Positions 44,682-54,120 of a DNA stretch of 59,151 nt are shown here, piece by piece. A program made the translations under genes and the position numbers. The notes beneath the pieces are model-generated. The model was given only the letters and a program-made list of their open reading frames with translations, did not search any database and was not told the origin of the DNA. Positions within the stretch are counted from its first letter, which is position 1, and the number at the start of each line of letters is the position of its first letter. This stretch comes from a virus (taxonomy: Duplodnaviria > Caudoviricetes). Location: positions 1 through 59,151 of IMG/VR virus record IMGVR_UViG_3300044999_000021, one strand, 5' to 3'.

Positions 44682-44986
44682 CCCTCTCGTCCGTAGACCT
44701 GGACAGGCTGGAAGCCGCCGCTACGCATCCCGAGCGTCACGTCTGGGGAGTCATGTTATCCGACGAACTGCTTTCCCTTATCTCCGCCGCGCGCATCCGC
44801 GAGCAACTGCTGGCCGTGTTGGAGGCTGCGGGGCCATTTGCGGAGTGGGCGGCGCGCCCAAAATGCACCGCCTTGCCTGAACAGTGGCGTATCAGCGATC
44901 TTGATGGTTCGCCTTATGGCGCCGATCTTCGCGTTCTTGCCACTGCCGTCGAATCCGCCCGTGCCGCCCTTAAAGGAGGATCATGA
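44678..44986 (+). CDS. Hypothetical protein, 102 aa
   Basis: ATGA overlaps. Confidence 0.55.
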   Translation: MTLSSVDLDRLEAAATHPERHVWGVMLSDELLSLISAARIREQLLAVLEAAGPFAEWAARPKCTALPEQWRISDLDGSPYGADLRVLATAVESARAALKGGS

Positions 44987-45300
44987 TGCACACACCGGAA
45001 AAGTTGCACCTTGGAATCGACGGGCACATTTACGCCTATGAGACAGGCGGCGAGTTGATCGCTGAGGTGACCCATGGAAAGGGCGATAAATCAGTCAAGG
45101 GAAAGCACGGACTGATGCTTGTCAGGCGCTGGAACACCTATGACGCTCTGGTGGCGGCGCTGGAGCAGATCGCCAACCACGCCACGGCAGACGATCCGTG
45201 CTGGAAGCATGACTATAGCGGCGACTGTCGGCAGCATCTGCAAAGCATCGCCCGTGCCGCCCTCGCCGTCGCCAAGCCCGCACCCAAGGAGACGCCATGA
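44983..45300 (+). CDS. Hypothetical protein, 105 aa
   Basis: AAGGAGG RBS; HTP..LVRRWN..LVAALEQIA pattern common in phage accessory genes. Confidence 0.6.
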   Translation: MMHTPEKLHLGIDGHIYAYETGGELIAEVTHGKGDKSVKGKHGLMLVRRWNTYDALVAALEQIANHATADDPCWKHDYSGDCRQHLQSIARAALAVAKPAPKETP

Positions 45301-45656
45301 GCAACCTAAGAAGCGACTGCCTGGATTTGGTCAAGGACCGTGAGGCCGGCGACGTTTGGAGGTCGCATATCGAGCGTCTCTGCCACCAAATCGACTTGTT
45401 GGAGAAATCTTGGCAGGGATCGAACCGGCGATTGGCGTCGATTCGAGAGACTCTGGAAACGGCAGTCTGCACCGTAGAGCCGGACAAGGGCGTTATCTTG
45501 CTCTCGGATCACGGTTCCACGCACACGGAAATCATCAACGGCAAGACGTTCGCCAACGTCTATGACCATCAGTATTTCTCGCCACTCGGCGATGCCCTAA
45601 TTGCGGCATGGGAGAAAGCCAAAACAGTTGGATGCCCCATTGAGGAGACGCCATGA
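45297..45656 (+). CDS. Hypothetical protein, 119 aa
   Basis: AAGGAG RBS, ATGA overlap. Confidence 0.6.
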   Translation: MSNLRSDCLDLVKDREAGDVWRSHIERLCHQIDLLEKSWQGSNRRLASIRETLETAVCTVEPDKGVILLSDHGSTHTEIINGKTFANVYDHQYFSPLGDALIAAWEKAKTVGCPIEETP

Positions 45657-46213
45657 CGCCGAACGAGATTGAAGCGGGATTGCGGGAATGGGCCGCAGAG
45701 TGGAAACGTGATGCTGACGTCACACTCGTCACAAACCCAGCCGAGTGGCACAAGGCCGTTGGTCCATACAGGCTGCTCATAGAGGCCGCCGACCACATCG
45801 CCGCCACGCAGCCGCCGACCACAGGCGGCAGTCCACGCTGTTCATGCGGCCAACCTGATGACGCCAGCCTCGTCCACCGATACGGCAATCCCTGTTTTGT
45901 CCGCGACCCCGAATTGTGCGCATCAGAGCAGCCGCCGGCCACGGGGTGGAGGGATGACGGGGAACCGGTGACGGAGGAATGGCTGCGAAGCGTGGCAGAC
46001 GACTCCCGTGATTTAGATTTCCGGTTCGGGAAACTTGGCCAGACTATATGGATCGAATGCCGCGGAACCGCTCTGTCGCTGCCAGAACGCCGTTGGTATT
46101 TTGGAAATCACCCGATGCCGACACGAGGACATGTTCGCCGTCTGCTCGCCGCTCTCGGCATCTCGCCGCTCAGCGATCCGTCAGCCACGGGTGGGAGCGG
46201 ATCAGCCGGTTAG
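45653..46213 (+). CDS. Hypothetical mosaic protein, 186 aa; last plus-strand gene
   Basis: GAGGAG RBS; PVTEEWL..TRGHVRRLLAALGI. Confidence 0.6.
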   Translation: MTPNEIEAGLREWAAEWKRDADVTLVTNPAEWHKAVGPYRLLIEAADHIAATQPPTTGGSPRCSCGQPDDASLVHRYGNPCFVRDPELCASEQPPATGWRDDGEPVTEEWLRSVADDSRDLDFRFGKLGQTIWIECRGTALSLPERRWYFGNHPMPTRGHVRRLLAALGISPLSDPSATGGSGSAG

Positions 46214-46525
46214 GGCCGGCTTGGTGTCGTCCTTGATGACCCACTTGAACTTCGCCAGCGTGGCCATGTTGTTCAGGTCGATCCGCTTCCAGACGAAGAA
46301 GTAATCTCCCGCCGGCAATGACTCGGTGAACCCCGATGCGAATGTCAGGTTGACCTGCAACGGTCCAATTACGGTGAACGTGGGCACACACGCGACCGGG
46401 TTGTTGTGGGAGTCGGTGAAGCTCTGCAATTGGTGTGTCCACCCGGTCATGTCCACGATGCTGGTGCCTGGGAACGTGGCCGAGTCGCCCATCGAACATT
46501 GGTCAGCTTGAAGATTCTGCTTCAC
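46202..46525 (-). CDS. Small beta-sandwich virion-associated protein, 107 aa; last minus-strand gene
   Basis: LPAGDYFFVWKR Ig-like pattern; converges on plus-strand arm. Confidence 0.55.
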   Translation of the reverse strand: MKQNLQADQCSMGDSATFPGTSIVDMTGWTHQLQSFTDSHNNPVACVPTFTVIGPLQVNLTFASGFTESLPAGDYFFVWKRIDLNNMATLAKFKWVIKDDTKPALTG

Positions 46526-46526
46526 G

Positions 46527-46757
46527 TCATCGCTCCGACAATTTAACGGGCATCACGTTTTTCGCGTCCAGCTTGACCGGCATGATGTTCTTTGGGTCCA
46601 AGTCAATCGGCATCACGTTATAGGCGCAGAGACGGACCGGCAGCATGACGGCTCGGCCTGGGGGCGGCGCTTTTCCCCATGACAAGTCAAAGGGAGTGCT
46701 GAGCAGCCATGCCCGCAGCTTCGTCAGCCCGGTCCCTGGAATGCTGAATAGTCGCAT
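46527..46757 (-). CDS. Small protein with PxxLxxxNxM repeats, 76 aa
   Basis: TGATG overlap; NVMPIDL/NIMPVKL/NVMPVKL. Confidence 0.55.
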   Translation of the reverse strand: MRLFSIPGTGLTKLRAWLLSTPFDLSWGKAPPPGRAVMLPVRLCAYNVMPIDLDPKNIMPVKLDAKNVMPVKLSER

Positions 46758-49516
46758 CAGCTAAACGGCCCCTGAGTTTGGGTTGTCCCGTCGTCCGAGA
46801 CAGTGGACGAGCTATTGGGCGTCGTCCCGTCATCCTTGAACAGCGTCCACGTCGTGGCGGTCAGGGTGGCTTTCTTGTAGAGCCTTCGCCAGATGCCGAC
46901 GATCATCTTCGCCAGCGTCGTCTGAGATGCCGGTGCGCCGGGGTCGGTCACGGCGATGGCGTCCAGGCCGGTCGCCGACAGGGCCACGCCCGATGCCGCT
47001 GTGATGTTCGTCCGGCTCGCCAGCGTAGCTCCCGGGTCGTGGCCGGCGAGCGTGGCAAGGGCCGTCGTCAACGTGCTGCTGAGCCGGGAGAGCAGCGTTG
47101 TCGTCCCCGCGGCGTCGTTCTGGATGTAGCTGCCGAGAACGTCCGTGCCCGGGCCAGCGAAACGCTTAAGCAGGTACGACTGGATCAAGGCGTCGGTGCC
47201 ATCGGCTACCGTGTCAGATTCCACGATGAGCAGGGCCGCCAGATTGTTGCCGGCGTCCATCGGTGTGCCGATCTGGTCAAACTGCGGCGCCCCGACGACA
47301 TTGCTCAAGTCCAGGTCAATCCCGCTCAACCCAGACCCAGTGAACTTGCCGTCGTTCGACGATACAGTGAGGTTGATCTGTCGCCACCGCGCCAGGATCA
47401 GATTCGAGCCGATGTAAGTTGCGGCCTGCGGGTCATCGTCGCCAATATGGAAGGCTACCAAGTTCGCGTTTGTGATCCCCATCGCTCCGGACCCGCCGGA
47501 GTGATTGAGGACGTACCAATTTGAGTTTGGGACCCGCGTACCGACGGCATAGATCGTGAATGACTGCATGTCGGGAATGTCGATCGCGCCGCTCATGGAG
47601 TAGGAGTTGCTGCCGCTGAACAGTACGCGGCCCGAACTGTCCACGGTTGGCGGCGGGCTGCCGACTCCGCTGAGCGTGATGCCGCCGGCCTTGACCGTCG
47701 CTCCCTCGATCCAGAGGGCCAAGTCCGCGCCAAGGCTGGCCGGCGTCCAGGGGTTCAGGACTGCGCTGGATTCAATCGCCGCATAGGCGTCTCCGGTCTG
47801 TGGCGTGTTCCCAGTGTATGTCGCGATCGTGTCCGCTGTCGTTAGCCCTTGGATAGCCTTGACCGCCGTCACCGGCGACGTGCTGACATTGTTGATCGCC
47901 CCCACGTCCACGGCCGCAATCCCCACGATCGTATAAACCGAAGTCGCGTCGGGCGTCGTGTTCCAATTGGGTGTCACAGCGGCAACCCGCGTGGCGCCGG
48001 TGTACGCCGTGATCCGCCGGGGAGCCTGTCCCGTTCCGGTCCCCGAGTAGATGCGGACCCAGCAATCGACGTAGAAGCTGTTGGTCGCGGACTCGGCCGA
48101 GTTCAGCTTGATCGAAGATGACGTGCTGCCGGTCTGCGCGAGGTTGCCAGACGTGACAATCAGCCCCGTTTGGAGGGAGTTCAGGAGTATGTAGAGGACG
48201 CTCAGGCCATGCGTCCCGTCGATCGTTTGCGCATACGCATCCCCCGTCTGCGGCGTATTGCCGGTATAGGTCGTCACCGTATCCGTCAGCACGACTTCGC
48301 TGATCTTGCCACCAGCCGTGATGCCCAGCACCGCGAAGTTCGCCGGCACGTTGGCGGCCAACAGCGGCGTCGTCGGGATGGCGGCGACCGAGGTAATCAA
48401 TTCGTCCGTGTCGGCGTTGATCTCTGTCGCCAGCGAGCCGACGTCGGCCCCCGTCTGCAACGTGCCTCCGAGATACTTCGCGCTGACATTGAGGACGTTG
48501 TTGCTGTCGAGCGTCACTGCCGTGCCGAGAGCCTTGCCGATGTCTACCCGGCCGCTTGCATCGATCGACTGCGCGGCAAAGTTGGTCGGAAACGCCTGCA
48601 CGTTGACGTATCCGCAGAGGATGCGGTCCGTCTTAGTGGTGGATGTGACAAGCCCGGTGGCGCTGAACCGGATGCGCACTAGCCCGAGATTGCCTCCGGT
48701 GCCCGTATGGGCGCTGGTCAACTCCCAATCCTGTGTCCCGTTCATCGTGCCTGTGATGCCGACCACCGATCCGATTTGGTCCCACGCCGAATTGCCCCAG
48801 TTGTAGGCGTAGGCTTTGACAGTGTTCGCCACGCCGACGACGTAGCCGATCCAGTTGACGCCGACTCCAGTTTGGCCGGTCGATCCAAGAGAAAACTGAT
48901 AGTAGAAATCCACCGTCCCGGCCGTGTCCGTCACAGAATCATAGACGCCGTCGAGAGTCGCCGTGTTTGCGAATCCGCCAGTGTCGCTGCCCGTCGTGTA
49001 GGTCGCGCTGGCCGCTGTCGCATTGAGCGCCGCTGTCGTGACACCGATGTTAGTGACAGCGGCATAAAGATCGCCGCCGGATTGGTTGACCGCCCCAACG
49101 GTTTTGACATTCACGTCCGGCGTTCCGGCCACGCCCGGGGTCAGCCACGCCGTGCCGAGAAGCTGGCGAACGTCCACCTGCGGATAAGAAACGTCAACGA
49201 CCTCACAAAGAACGTGTTTGCCGGATGCTTCGCCAATGATCTTCACCTTCCCGGCGCTGGACCACATAGCATCCGGGCAATCCAGGCGATACCCGCCACC
49301 AGACAATTCCTTGACGCCACCGGCCGAAAATGCGGTGGTAATCGTGGATAAGTCCGTTAGCGACGGAAACGCGACGGCGGCATTGGCCCCGGCTATCCAG
49401 TAGGTGAGGCTAGGGAACGTCGCAGCAACCAAGCTAGTCACAGGAAGTCCGCTGTCGTCAACAATCTGGACGAATACGGATTTAGACGTGACGCCAGGCG
49501 CATAAATAATGCTCAT
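46757..49516 (-). CDS. Large modular fibre / receptor-binding-like virion protein, 919 aa
   Basis: T/G/A/S-rich, repeated YTGNTPQTGDAYA linker, WTPASLG.DLALW lectin-like module. Confidence 0.65.
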   Translation of the reverse strand: MSIIYAPGVTSKSVFVQIVDDSGLPVTSLVAATFPSLTYWIAGANAAVAFPSLTDLSTITTAFSAGGVKELSGGGYRLDCPDAMWSSAGKVKIIGEASGKHVLCEVVDVSYPQVDVRQLLGTAWLTPGVAGTPDVNVKTVGAVNQSGGDLYAAVTNIGVTTAALNATAASATYTTGSDTGGFANTATLDGVYDSVTDTAGTVDFYYQFSLGSTGQTGVGVNWIGYVVGVANTVKAYAYNWGNSAWDQIGSVVGITGTMNGTQDWELTSAHTGTGGNLGLVRIRFSATGLVTSTTKTDRILCGYVNVQAFPTNFAAQSIDASGRVDIGKALGTAVTLDSNNVLNVSAKYLGGTLQTGADVGSLATEINADTDELITSVAAIPTTPLLAANVPANFAVLGITAGGKISEVVLTDTVTTYTGNTPQTGDAYAQTIDGTHGLSVLYILLNSLQTGLIVTSGNLAQTGSTSSSIKLNSAESATNSFYVDCWVRIYSGTGTGQAPRRITAYTGATRVAAVTPNWNTTPDATSVYTIVGIAAVDVGAINNVSTSPVTAVKAIQGLTTADTIATYTGNTPQTGDAYAAIESSAVLNPWTPASLGADLALWIEGATVKAGGITLSGVGSPPPTVDSSGRVLFSGSNSYSMSGAIDIPDMQSFTIYAVGTRVPNSNWYVLNHSGGSGAMGITNANLVAFHIGDDDPQAATYIGSNLILARWRQINLTVSSNDGKFTGSGLSGIDLDLSNVVGAPQFDQIGTPMDAGNNLAALLIVESDTVADGTDALIQSYLLKRFAGPGTDVLGSYIQNDAAGTTTLLSRLSSTLTTALATLAGHDPGATLASRTNITAASGVALSATGLDAIAVTDPGAPASQTTLAKMIVGIWRRLYKKATLTATTWTLFKDDGTTPNSSSTVSDDGTTQTQGPFS

Positions 49517-50331
49517 GCCGCGGCCCTCCGTCGTTTCATCAGGAGGCCGCCGGTCCTAGCCGGGACGAACCACGTCCGCGTGCTGATCCACCGGAGCGGG
49601 CTGTCGGGGACGCGGTAGCCGATATTGGACAGCCTGAAGTCCAGGGCGGCGAGAGTCGCGGTGATGCCCATGCCCATCCACAGAACGGCATCGGCACACG
49701 ACCCGGGCCACGCGAAAGCGCCGAACGCAACGCCAAAATTGCCGATGGCGACCCCGCCAGTCGTGAAATTGCTCGCGTCGGCCGACGGTCCGCCGGCCAA
49801 GACGCCGTCCACGAAAAGATAAATCTGTCCGTTTATGCGAGTGCCCAGCAATCGGTGCCATTTTCCATCGGCGATGGCTGGACCGTTCACGCTCGTGCTG
49901 CCCGAGGTGAACTCCGCTGCAGTGGATTCTCCGAGCCACCAACTGGTGCCCGAAGTGCTGCTCCCCATCGCGACCTGAGTGCCCGATGTGGTGACCTTGG
50001 CCGTGACAGCAACAGCATAGTCACCAGTTCCGGGGACGGCCAAGATTGACGATAAGTCAACATAGCTGGATGCGGAGCCGGCGAAGGCAAGCGAGCTCCC
50101 TTGTGCATTCGGCCCAGCTCCCCACATCGGAGTGCCCGGCGCAACTCCGACGATGGTGCCGTGCTGCCGGCCGCAGAGATTTAGCAATCGTGTGCCAGCG
50201 GCCGGGATGTCGGGCGACATGAATCCCCAAAAAACCCGCTTGCCGCGCGGATTCGCATTCAACGGGTGATCCCAATCAACGGCCCCGTCAGCCGCGACCG
50301 CGTTGTATCGAGTGTCGGAATGAGGATGCAT
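49513..50331 (-). CDS. LamG/concanavalin-A-like lectin domain protein, 272 aa
   Basis: DGKWHRLLGTR..IYLFVDG..VAIG..WPGSCAD. Confidence 0.75.
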   Translation of the reverse strand: MHPHSDTRYNAVAADGAVDWDHPLNANPRGKRVFWGFMSPDIPAAGTRLLNLCGRQHGTIVGVAPGTPMWGAGPNAQGSSLAFAGSASSYVDLSSILAVPGTGDYAVAVTAKVTTSGTQVAMGSSTSGTSWWLGESTAAEFTSGSTSVNGPAIADGKWHRLLGTRINGQIYLFVDGVLAGGPSADASNFTTGGVAIGNFGVAFGAFAWPGSCADAVLWMGMGITATLAALDFRLSNIGYRVPDSPLRWISTRTWFVPARTGGLLMKRRRAAA

Positions 50332-50333
50332 CG

Positions 50334-50942
50334 TTAGACCGCCGTGTCGCTGGCGTGGACTTCCGCATCGATCGCCATGACTACCGTCTGCCCGCTGTTG
50401 TTGATCGGCGTGATTTCATAGACGGCCCCGCCGGGCAGCAGTATAGCACCGCAGTCCGCTCCATTCGTCACCACGTCGCTCGCGTTGTGCGTCACAAGGA
50501 ACCCGCTGCCCCGATCAATCGTGATCGTCGCTGAGGTCAGATCGTCAATGCCGAAGAATTCGCAGCGCGCCGCCGCAAGCTGGGCGCAACAAATCTGCTG
50601 GGCCGCGAATCCGGTTCCGCTGGCAAGGACCATAGTCGTCGCCGCTGCCGCCCCGCCGCTGCTGACCGTCGTCGCGTTGACTGCCGCTGTGGACGAAATG
50701 AAGTCGTACGGGTTGGCCGGGAACCCATTTAACGTCGTGTTCATCTGCCGGCGAATCGAAATGTAAGCGGCACGGGTCAGCGCCGTTGCCACGTTTCGGC
50801 CGATGCGGCAGTAGAGGTAGGCGTACTGCTTAACGGTTAAATCGAGCGTCAGCATTGAACCGGGCGTCGTGAACGAGGCCATCGAAGTTGGCGCAAGCGG
50901 CTGACTAAACGTCGGGATTGTCGGTGTAATTACAGTCGCCAC
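50334..50942 (-). CDS. Putative virion protein, 202 aa
   Basis: T/A-rich beta protein preceding LamG gene; GAGGGGAG RBS. Confidence 0.55.
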   Translation of the reverse strand: MATVITPTIPTFSQPLAPTSMASFTTPGSMLTLDLTVKQYAYLYCRIGRNVATALTRAAYISIRRQMNTTLNGFPANPYDFISSTAAVNATTVSSGGAAAATTMVLASGTGFAAQQICCAQLAAARCEFFGIDDLTSATITIDRGSGFLVTHNASDVVTNGADCGAILLPGGAVYEITPINNSGQTVVMAIDAEVHASDTAV

Positions 50943-50973
50943 TCGCTCTCCCCCTCACTGTGCCGCCGGCATG

Positions 50974-51011
50974 AAAAAGCCCCGGGCCGCCGCTCCTGCA
51001 TTGGCCCGGGG
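50974..51011 (-). terminator. Rho-independent terminator
   Basis: CCCCGGGCC...GGCCCGGGG followed by CTTTTT. Confidence 0.6.
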
Positions 51012-51076
51012 TGTCCAAAGGCTTCTGCTCACCGAACCTTTTGACCCTCGAACGCAGAGCAGGGCGAACAACGACG

Positions 51077-51466
51077 CTATCCGCCGCAGGACGAGCATGA
51101 GCCAGACCCGCCGCGGCGAGAGGCCCGGCGTTCGCGGATGCGGTCCCCCAAGTGCCAGCGGTCGCCCGACGACGAATATGCTGCGGAGGTATAAGTCTCG
51201 CCCTGGACCGCGTTACAGCCCGTCATCCCGCATTGGCCCGACGTACACGCGCCCCCGGCCGTGCAGGTGCCAGTGGGGCACGGACAGGCCGTAGCCGTGG
51301 GGGAAGTCGGGATCGGGGTGGCGTCCTGGACCCAGACCATTTGGCAAGAGCGGCCGTGGCACTGGCGCTCGAGGTGGTAAGTCGGAGCGGCCTTCGGTGG
51401 ATCGGCCGCGAACGCCGCGGAACCGAGGAACAGGCCCACTACCAGGGCCGCGAGAATGTAACGCAT
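51077..51466 (-). CDS. Secreted Cys-rich peptide, 129 aa
   Basis: Signal peptide ending AAFA-AD; CHGRSC, CPCPTGTC..C..CGMTGC, CSSCGG; AAGGAG RBS. Confidence 0.7.
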   Translation of the reverse strand: MRYILAALVVGLFLGSAAFAADPPKAAPTYHLERQCHGRSCQMVWVQDATPIPTSPTATACPCPTGTCTAGGACTSGQCGMTGCNAVQGETYTSAAYSSSGDRWHLGDRIRERRASRRGGSGSCSSCGG

Positions 51467-51505
51467 GAGAAGACTCCTTTGAAACACTGGGCGAGAGAAT
51501 CAGGG

Positions 51506-51652
51506 CTATCGTGGGCTGCCGTCGCTGTTCGGCGTGGCGTACCGGTTGATCGCCTTTTCGATGCGCTCCACGGCGCGGTCAAAATGGTTGCAAGACGCCG
51601 CATACAGTGCAGCCAACCCAAGCGCGATGATGGCCAACAGCAGATTCGTCAT
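51506..51652 (-). CDS. Small membrane protein, 48 aa
   Basis: MTNLLLAIIALGLAALYAASC. Confidence 0.5.
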   Translation of the reverse strand: MTNLLLAIIALGLAALYAASCNHFDRAVERIEKAINRYATPNSDGSPR

Positions 51653-51674
51653 GCTGCGTTCTTTTTCCACCGGC

Positions 51675-51818
51675 TCACCTCCCGAACATCACGATCAACG
51701 CCGCAGAGAGCAGCAAAATCAGGAACGCGAGGAACGCCATGTCGTTGACACCGCCAGCGCCCTTCATTTCGCGGCGCGGTTCAGCGGTCAATCTGGGGTC
51801 AGGAATGTCGCTTCGCAT
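51675..51818 (-). CDS. Small membrane protein, 47 aa
   Basis: C-terminal FLAFLILLLSAALIVMFGR; GAGGTG RBS. Confidence 0.5.
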   Translation of the reverse strand: MRSDIPDPRLTAEPRREMKGAGGVNDMAFLAFLILLLSAALIVMFGR

Positions 51819-51876
51819 CTCGTCACCTCACGAACATCACCATCAACACCGCCGCGACGCCAGCGGTCGAAACGAC

Positions 51877-52335
51877 TCAGGGGTCGGTGGTTTTAATCAG
51901 CCGGCCAGAACCACGGCAGACGGGGCATGTATTGCGGTCCATACCCGCGCCTTTGCAGCAGACGCACACGGCCCATTCGTGTGTGCTTCCCTCTAGTTTG
52001 CCCGCACCTTTGCAGCATGTGCATGTGCTGGTTACTCGGCCGCCGCCGCCGCATTCGTGGCATTGGACGGTCGCCACGCCAGCCAACGGTGGCTCTGGCG
52101 ATTCGGTCCGCAGCCCGCACCCCATCGTCATCATCATCACAACCGCGATCACGCCAGCGGCCAGAACCGCGTACCCGGCGATGCGCCAGGATGGAGACGC
52201 GGGCCGGTCTCCCTGCTCCGGGTCACTGGCGAAAAATCCGTGCGGGTCGGCGAACGGCTTTGGCTCATCGCCGCGGATGAAGGCCAAGGCCCGGTCCACC
52301 TCTCCGTCGTCTTCATTGACCGACCGGTAATCCAT
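51877..52335 (-). CDS. TM protein with four CxxCxGxG (DnaJ-type) Zn-finger repeats, 152 aa
   Basis: CHECGGGG, CTCCKGAG, CVCCKGAG, CPVCRGSG; GGAGG RBS. Confidence 0.7.
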   Translation of the reverse strand: MDYRSVNEDDGEVDRALAFIRGDEPKPFADPHGFFASDPEQGDRPASPSWRIAGYAVLAAGVIAVVMMMTMGCGLRTESPEPPLAGVATVQCHECGGGGRVTSTCTCCKGAGKLEGSTHEWAVCVCCKGAGMDRNTCPVCRGSGRLIKTTDP

Positions 52336-52363
52336 CGCCGTGTCCTCCGTGGGTCGAATCAGT

Positions 52364-52528
52364 TCACCACATCCCGACGTATCCGGGAGGCAGGTGAATC
52401 GTTTGCACCAGCGTCATTTCGGGGCCGTCCCCAAGCTTGACATGGACAGTCTTGCAGCCGTCCGGGTGGGTGCAAATGACAGTCGCCTTCGTGATCGGTT
52501 CCAAGTTGTCGAGTGGCTTGGCGTCCAT
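52364..52528 (-). CDS. Hypothetical protein, 54 aa
   Basis: GGAGG RBS; MDAKPLDNLEP... Confidence 0.5.
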   Translation of the reverse strand: MDAKPLDNLEPITKATVICTHPDGCKTVHVKLGDGPEMTLVQTIHLPPGYVGMW

Positions 52529-52543
52529 CAGTTGTCCTCCGCG

Positions 52544-52645
52544 TCAGTCCAGGTCCGCCGGTCGCGTGATCCACCACCAAGCAACCACGCCGAACCCGGC
52601 GACGAACATTGCAGCACCGATCCAAAAGCGGGGGTTCGTCAGCAT
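52544..52645 (-). CDS. Single-TM micropeptide, 33 aa
   Basis: MLTNPRFWIGAAMFVAGFGVVAWWWITRPADLD. Confidence 0.45.
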   Translation of the reverse strand: MLTNPRFWIGAAMFVAGFGVVAWWWITRPADLD

Positions 52646-52917
52646 GTCACCACCCACCGCAGCGCCGCCAGAGCGATCATGCCGCCCATGTAGCCGGCGA
52701 AGTCGGACAGTGAACCACCCCATCCGAGTTCATCCCGTTCAATGAGCCAGTCGAATCCGTATTCTTTTGCCGTGGCGAATCCGACCGTGGCAGCGAGCGG
52801 TACCCACTCCGGCCAGCCGATCAGCCAGCAGACCAAGCCGATGACCCAACTTCCAAGCACGTGACAGGTGGCGAACCCGACGTTCGCGCTTGGCGTCCAG
52901 ATTGGCTCGGCCTTCAT
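52639..52917 (-). CDS. Small multi-TM protein, 92 aa
   Basis: H...AKEYGFD...DF..Y.GG pattern with hydrophobic helices. Confidence 0.6.
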   Translation of the reverse strand: MKAEPIWTPSANVGFATCHVLGSWVIGLVCWLIGWPEWVPLAATVGFATAKEYGFDWLIERDELGWGGSLSDFAGYMGGMIALAALRWVVTC

Positions 52918-53081
52918 AGGAACTCCCGCCACTTGATCGGCTGCTTGATAGGCTGCGATTCCACTGGCAGCGTCTGAGCGTTCTTTTCCCTGTTTGGTCC
53001 GCAGTCACTTTTGCCGCAATACTTGTAACCGGCGGCAATTGGCCGCTTGCAGGTGCGACAGCAGTTTTCGGGCTGATCCAT
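52914..53081 (-). CDS. Small Zn-finger protein, 55 aa
   Basis: CRTCKRPI..YCGKSDC; coupled overlaps. Confidence 0.55.
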   Translation of the reverse strand: MDQPENCCRTCKRPIAAGYKYCGKSDCGPNREKNAQTLPVESQPIKQPIKWREFL

Positions 53082-53260
53082 CACAACTCCGAAGTGGCTA
53101 AAGCACCCCGACTCTTTGCGTCGGCGTGTTCGCGATCAGCCGCTTGGTTGATTTCATCTAGGCCGATGTTCAGCAAGAAGTCGGGGTCGGACTGCGCGTA
53201 AAACGCATCCATGCCGCCCCAGATTTTCCAAGTGTCGTCTTTCCAAATCGTGATCGCCAT
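53081..53260 (-). CDS. Hypothetical protein, 59 aa
   Basis: GGAG RBS; MAITIWKDDTWKIWGG... Confidence 0.55.
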   Translation of the reverse strand: MAITIWKDDTWKIWGGMDAFYAQSDPDFLLNIGLDEINQAADREHADAKSRGALATSEL

Positions 53261-53315
53261 GATTCAACTCCAAAGTGGGGGCCGGTCGTGCGAGACGACC
53301 GGCCCCGGGGAACGA

Positions 53316-53873
53316 TTACCTGATGGTGGGCACACCGAACGACACGGCCAATCCCGTGACGGGCCCCGTGCCTGAGGTGCAGGGAATCACGATCGTGAAC
53401 GGCCCGACGCTTCCATCCGTCCAAGTGGCTACGGCGGTCACGTTGGCTGTGCCCGCCGTCAGCGCGTGGCACTTGTCCGTCATCCCGACGGGGGGATCGA
53501 CAGTCAGCACGGCGGGCGCGTCGGACACCGGAACCGGCGTCAACGTCGCGACAGCGGAAATGTCCGCGGCAGTCCCGTCGGCGTATTGGCCCTGGATCGT
53601 GAACGACCCGTCTTCGTTGTCAAGCAGGACGTAATTCGGAACCGGGGTACCGGCCTTGTGCGGCACGGCCAGCTTCTTGAGGGCGGACTTCTTCAGCAGC
53701 TTGATACTCGGCATAGGAACTCCTTCGGGGCGAATGGTCGGTGGATTCTCGGTGACTCCGAGGCCAACCACCTTCGGCTTCGGGGGGCAGAGACAGGCGA
53801 GCAGTCGCTCAAACTGGCACTCGTCCAGTTTGAGCGTGATTGTCAGATCGACAGCATGAGACAGGATGAACAT
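53316..53873 (-). CDS. Ig-like beta-sandwich protein, 185 aa, with strong internal start at 53714
   Basis: SDAPAVLTV..ALTAGTANVTAVA Big-domain pattern; AAGGAG before MPSIKLLKK. Confidence 0.6.
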   Translation of the reverse strand: MFILSHAVDLTITLKLDECQFERLLACLCPPKPKVVGLGVTENPPTIRPEGVPMPSIKLLKKSALKKLAVPHKAGTPVPNYVLLDNEDGSFTIQGQYADGTAADISAVATLTPVPVSDAPAVLTVDPPVGMTDKCHALTAGTANVTAVATWTDGSVGPFTIVIPCTSGTGPVTGLAVSFGVPTIR

Positions 53874-53880
53874 GGGTGCC

Positions 53881-54120
53881 TCAAGGCGTCGGTGGGGCCG
53901 GGGGAACGGGCGTCGGATTAAGGAAGGACAGCAGGAACGCCAAAAGCTGCGGGCCGTACTTCATGACAAGAGCCAGCAAGCCAGCCCAATTGAACGTCCC
54001 CATGCCGGCGGTCGCCATCTTTTCGTTGTGGCACTCCAGAGCGCAAATCGCGACTTCGGGGACGCCGGCGGCGAGAAGCTGGAGGCGGGTGCTTGGATCA
54101 CAGCAACATTCCACTTTCAT
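53881..54120 (-). CDS. Small amphipathic/membrane protein, 79 aa
   Basis: AAGGAG RBS; FNWAGLLALVMKYGPQLLAFLLSFL. Confidence 0.6.
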   Translation of the reverse strand: MKVECCCDPSTRLQLLAAGVPEVAICALECHNEKMATAGMGTFNWAGLLALVMKYGPQLLAFLLSFLNPTPVPPAPPTP

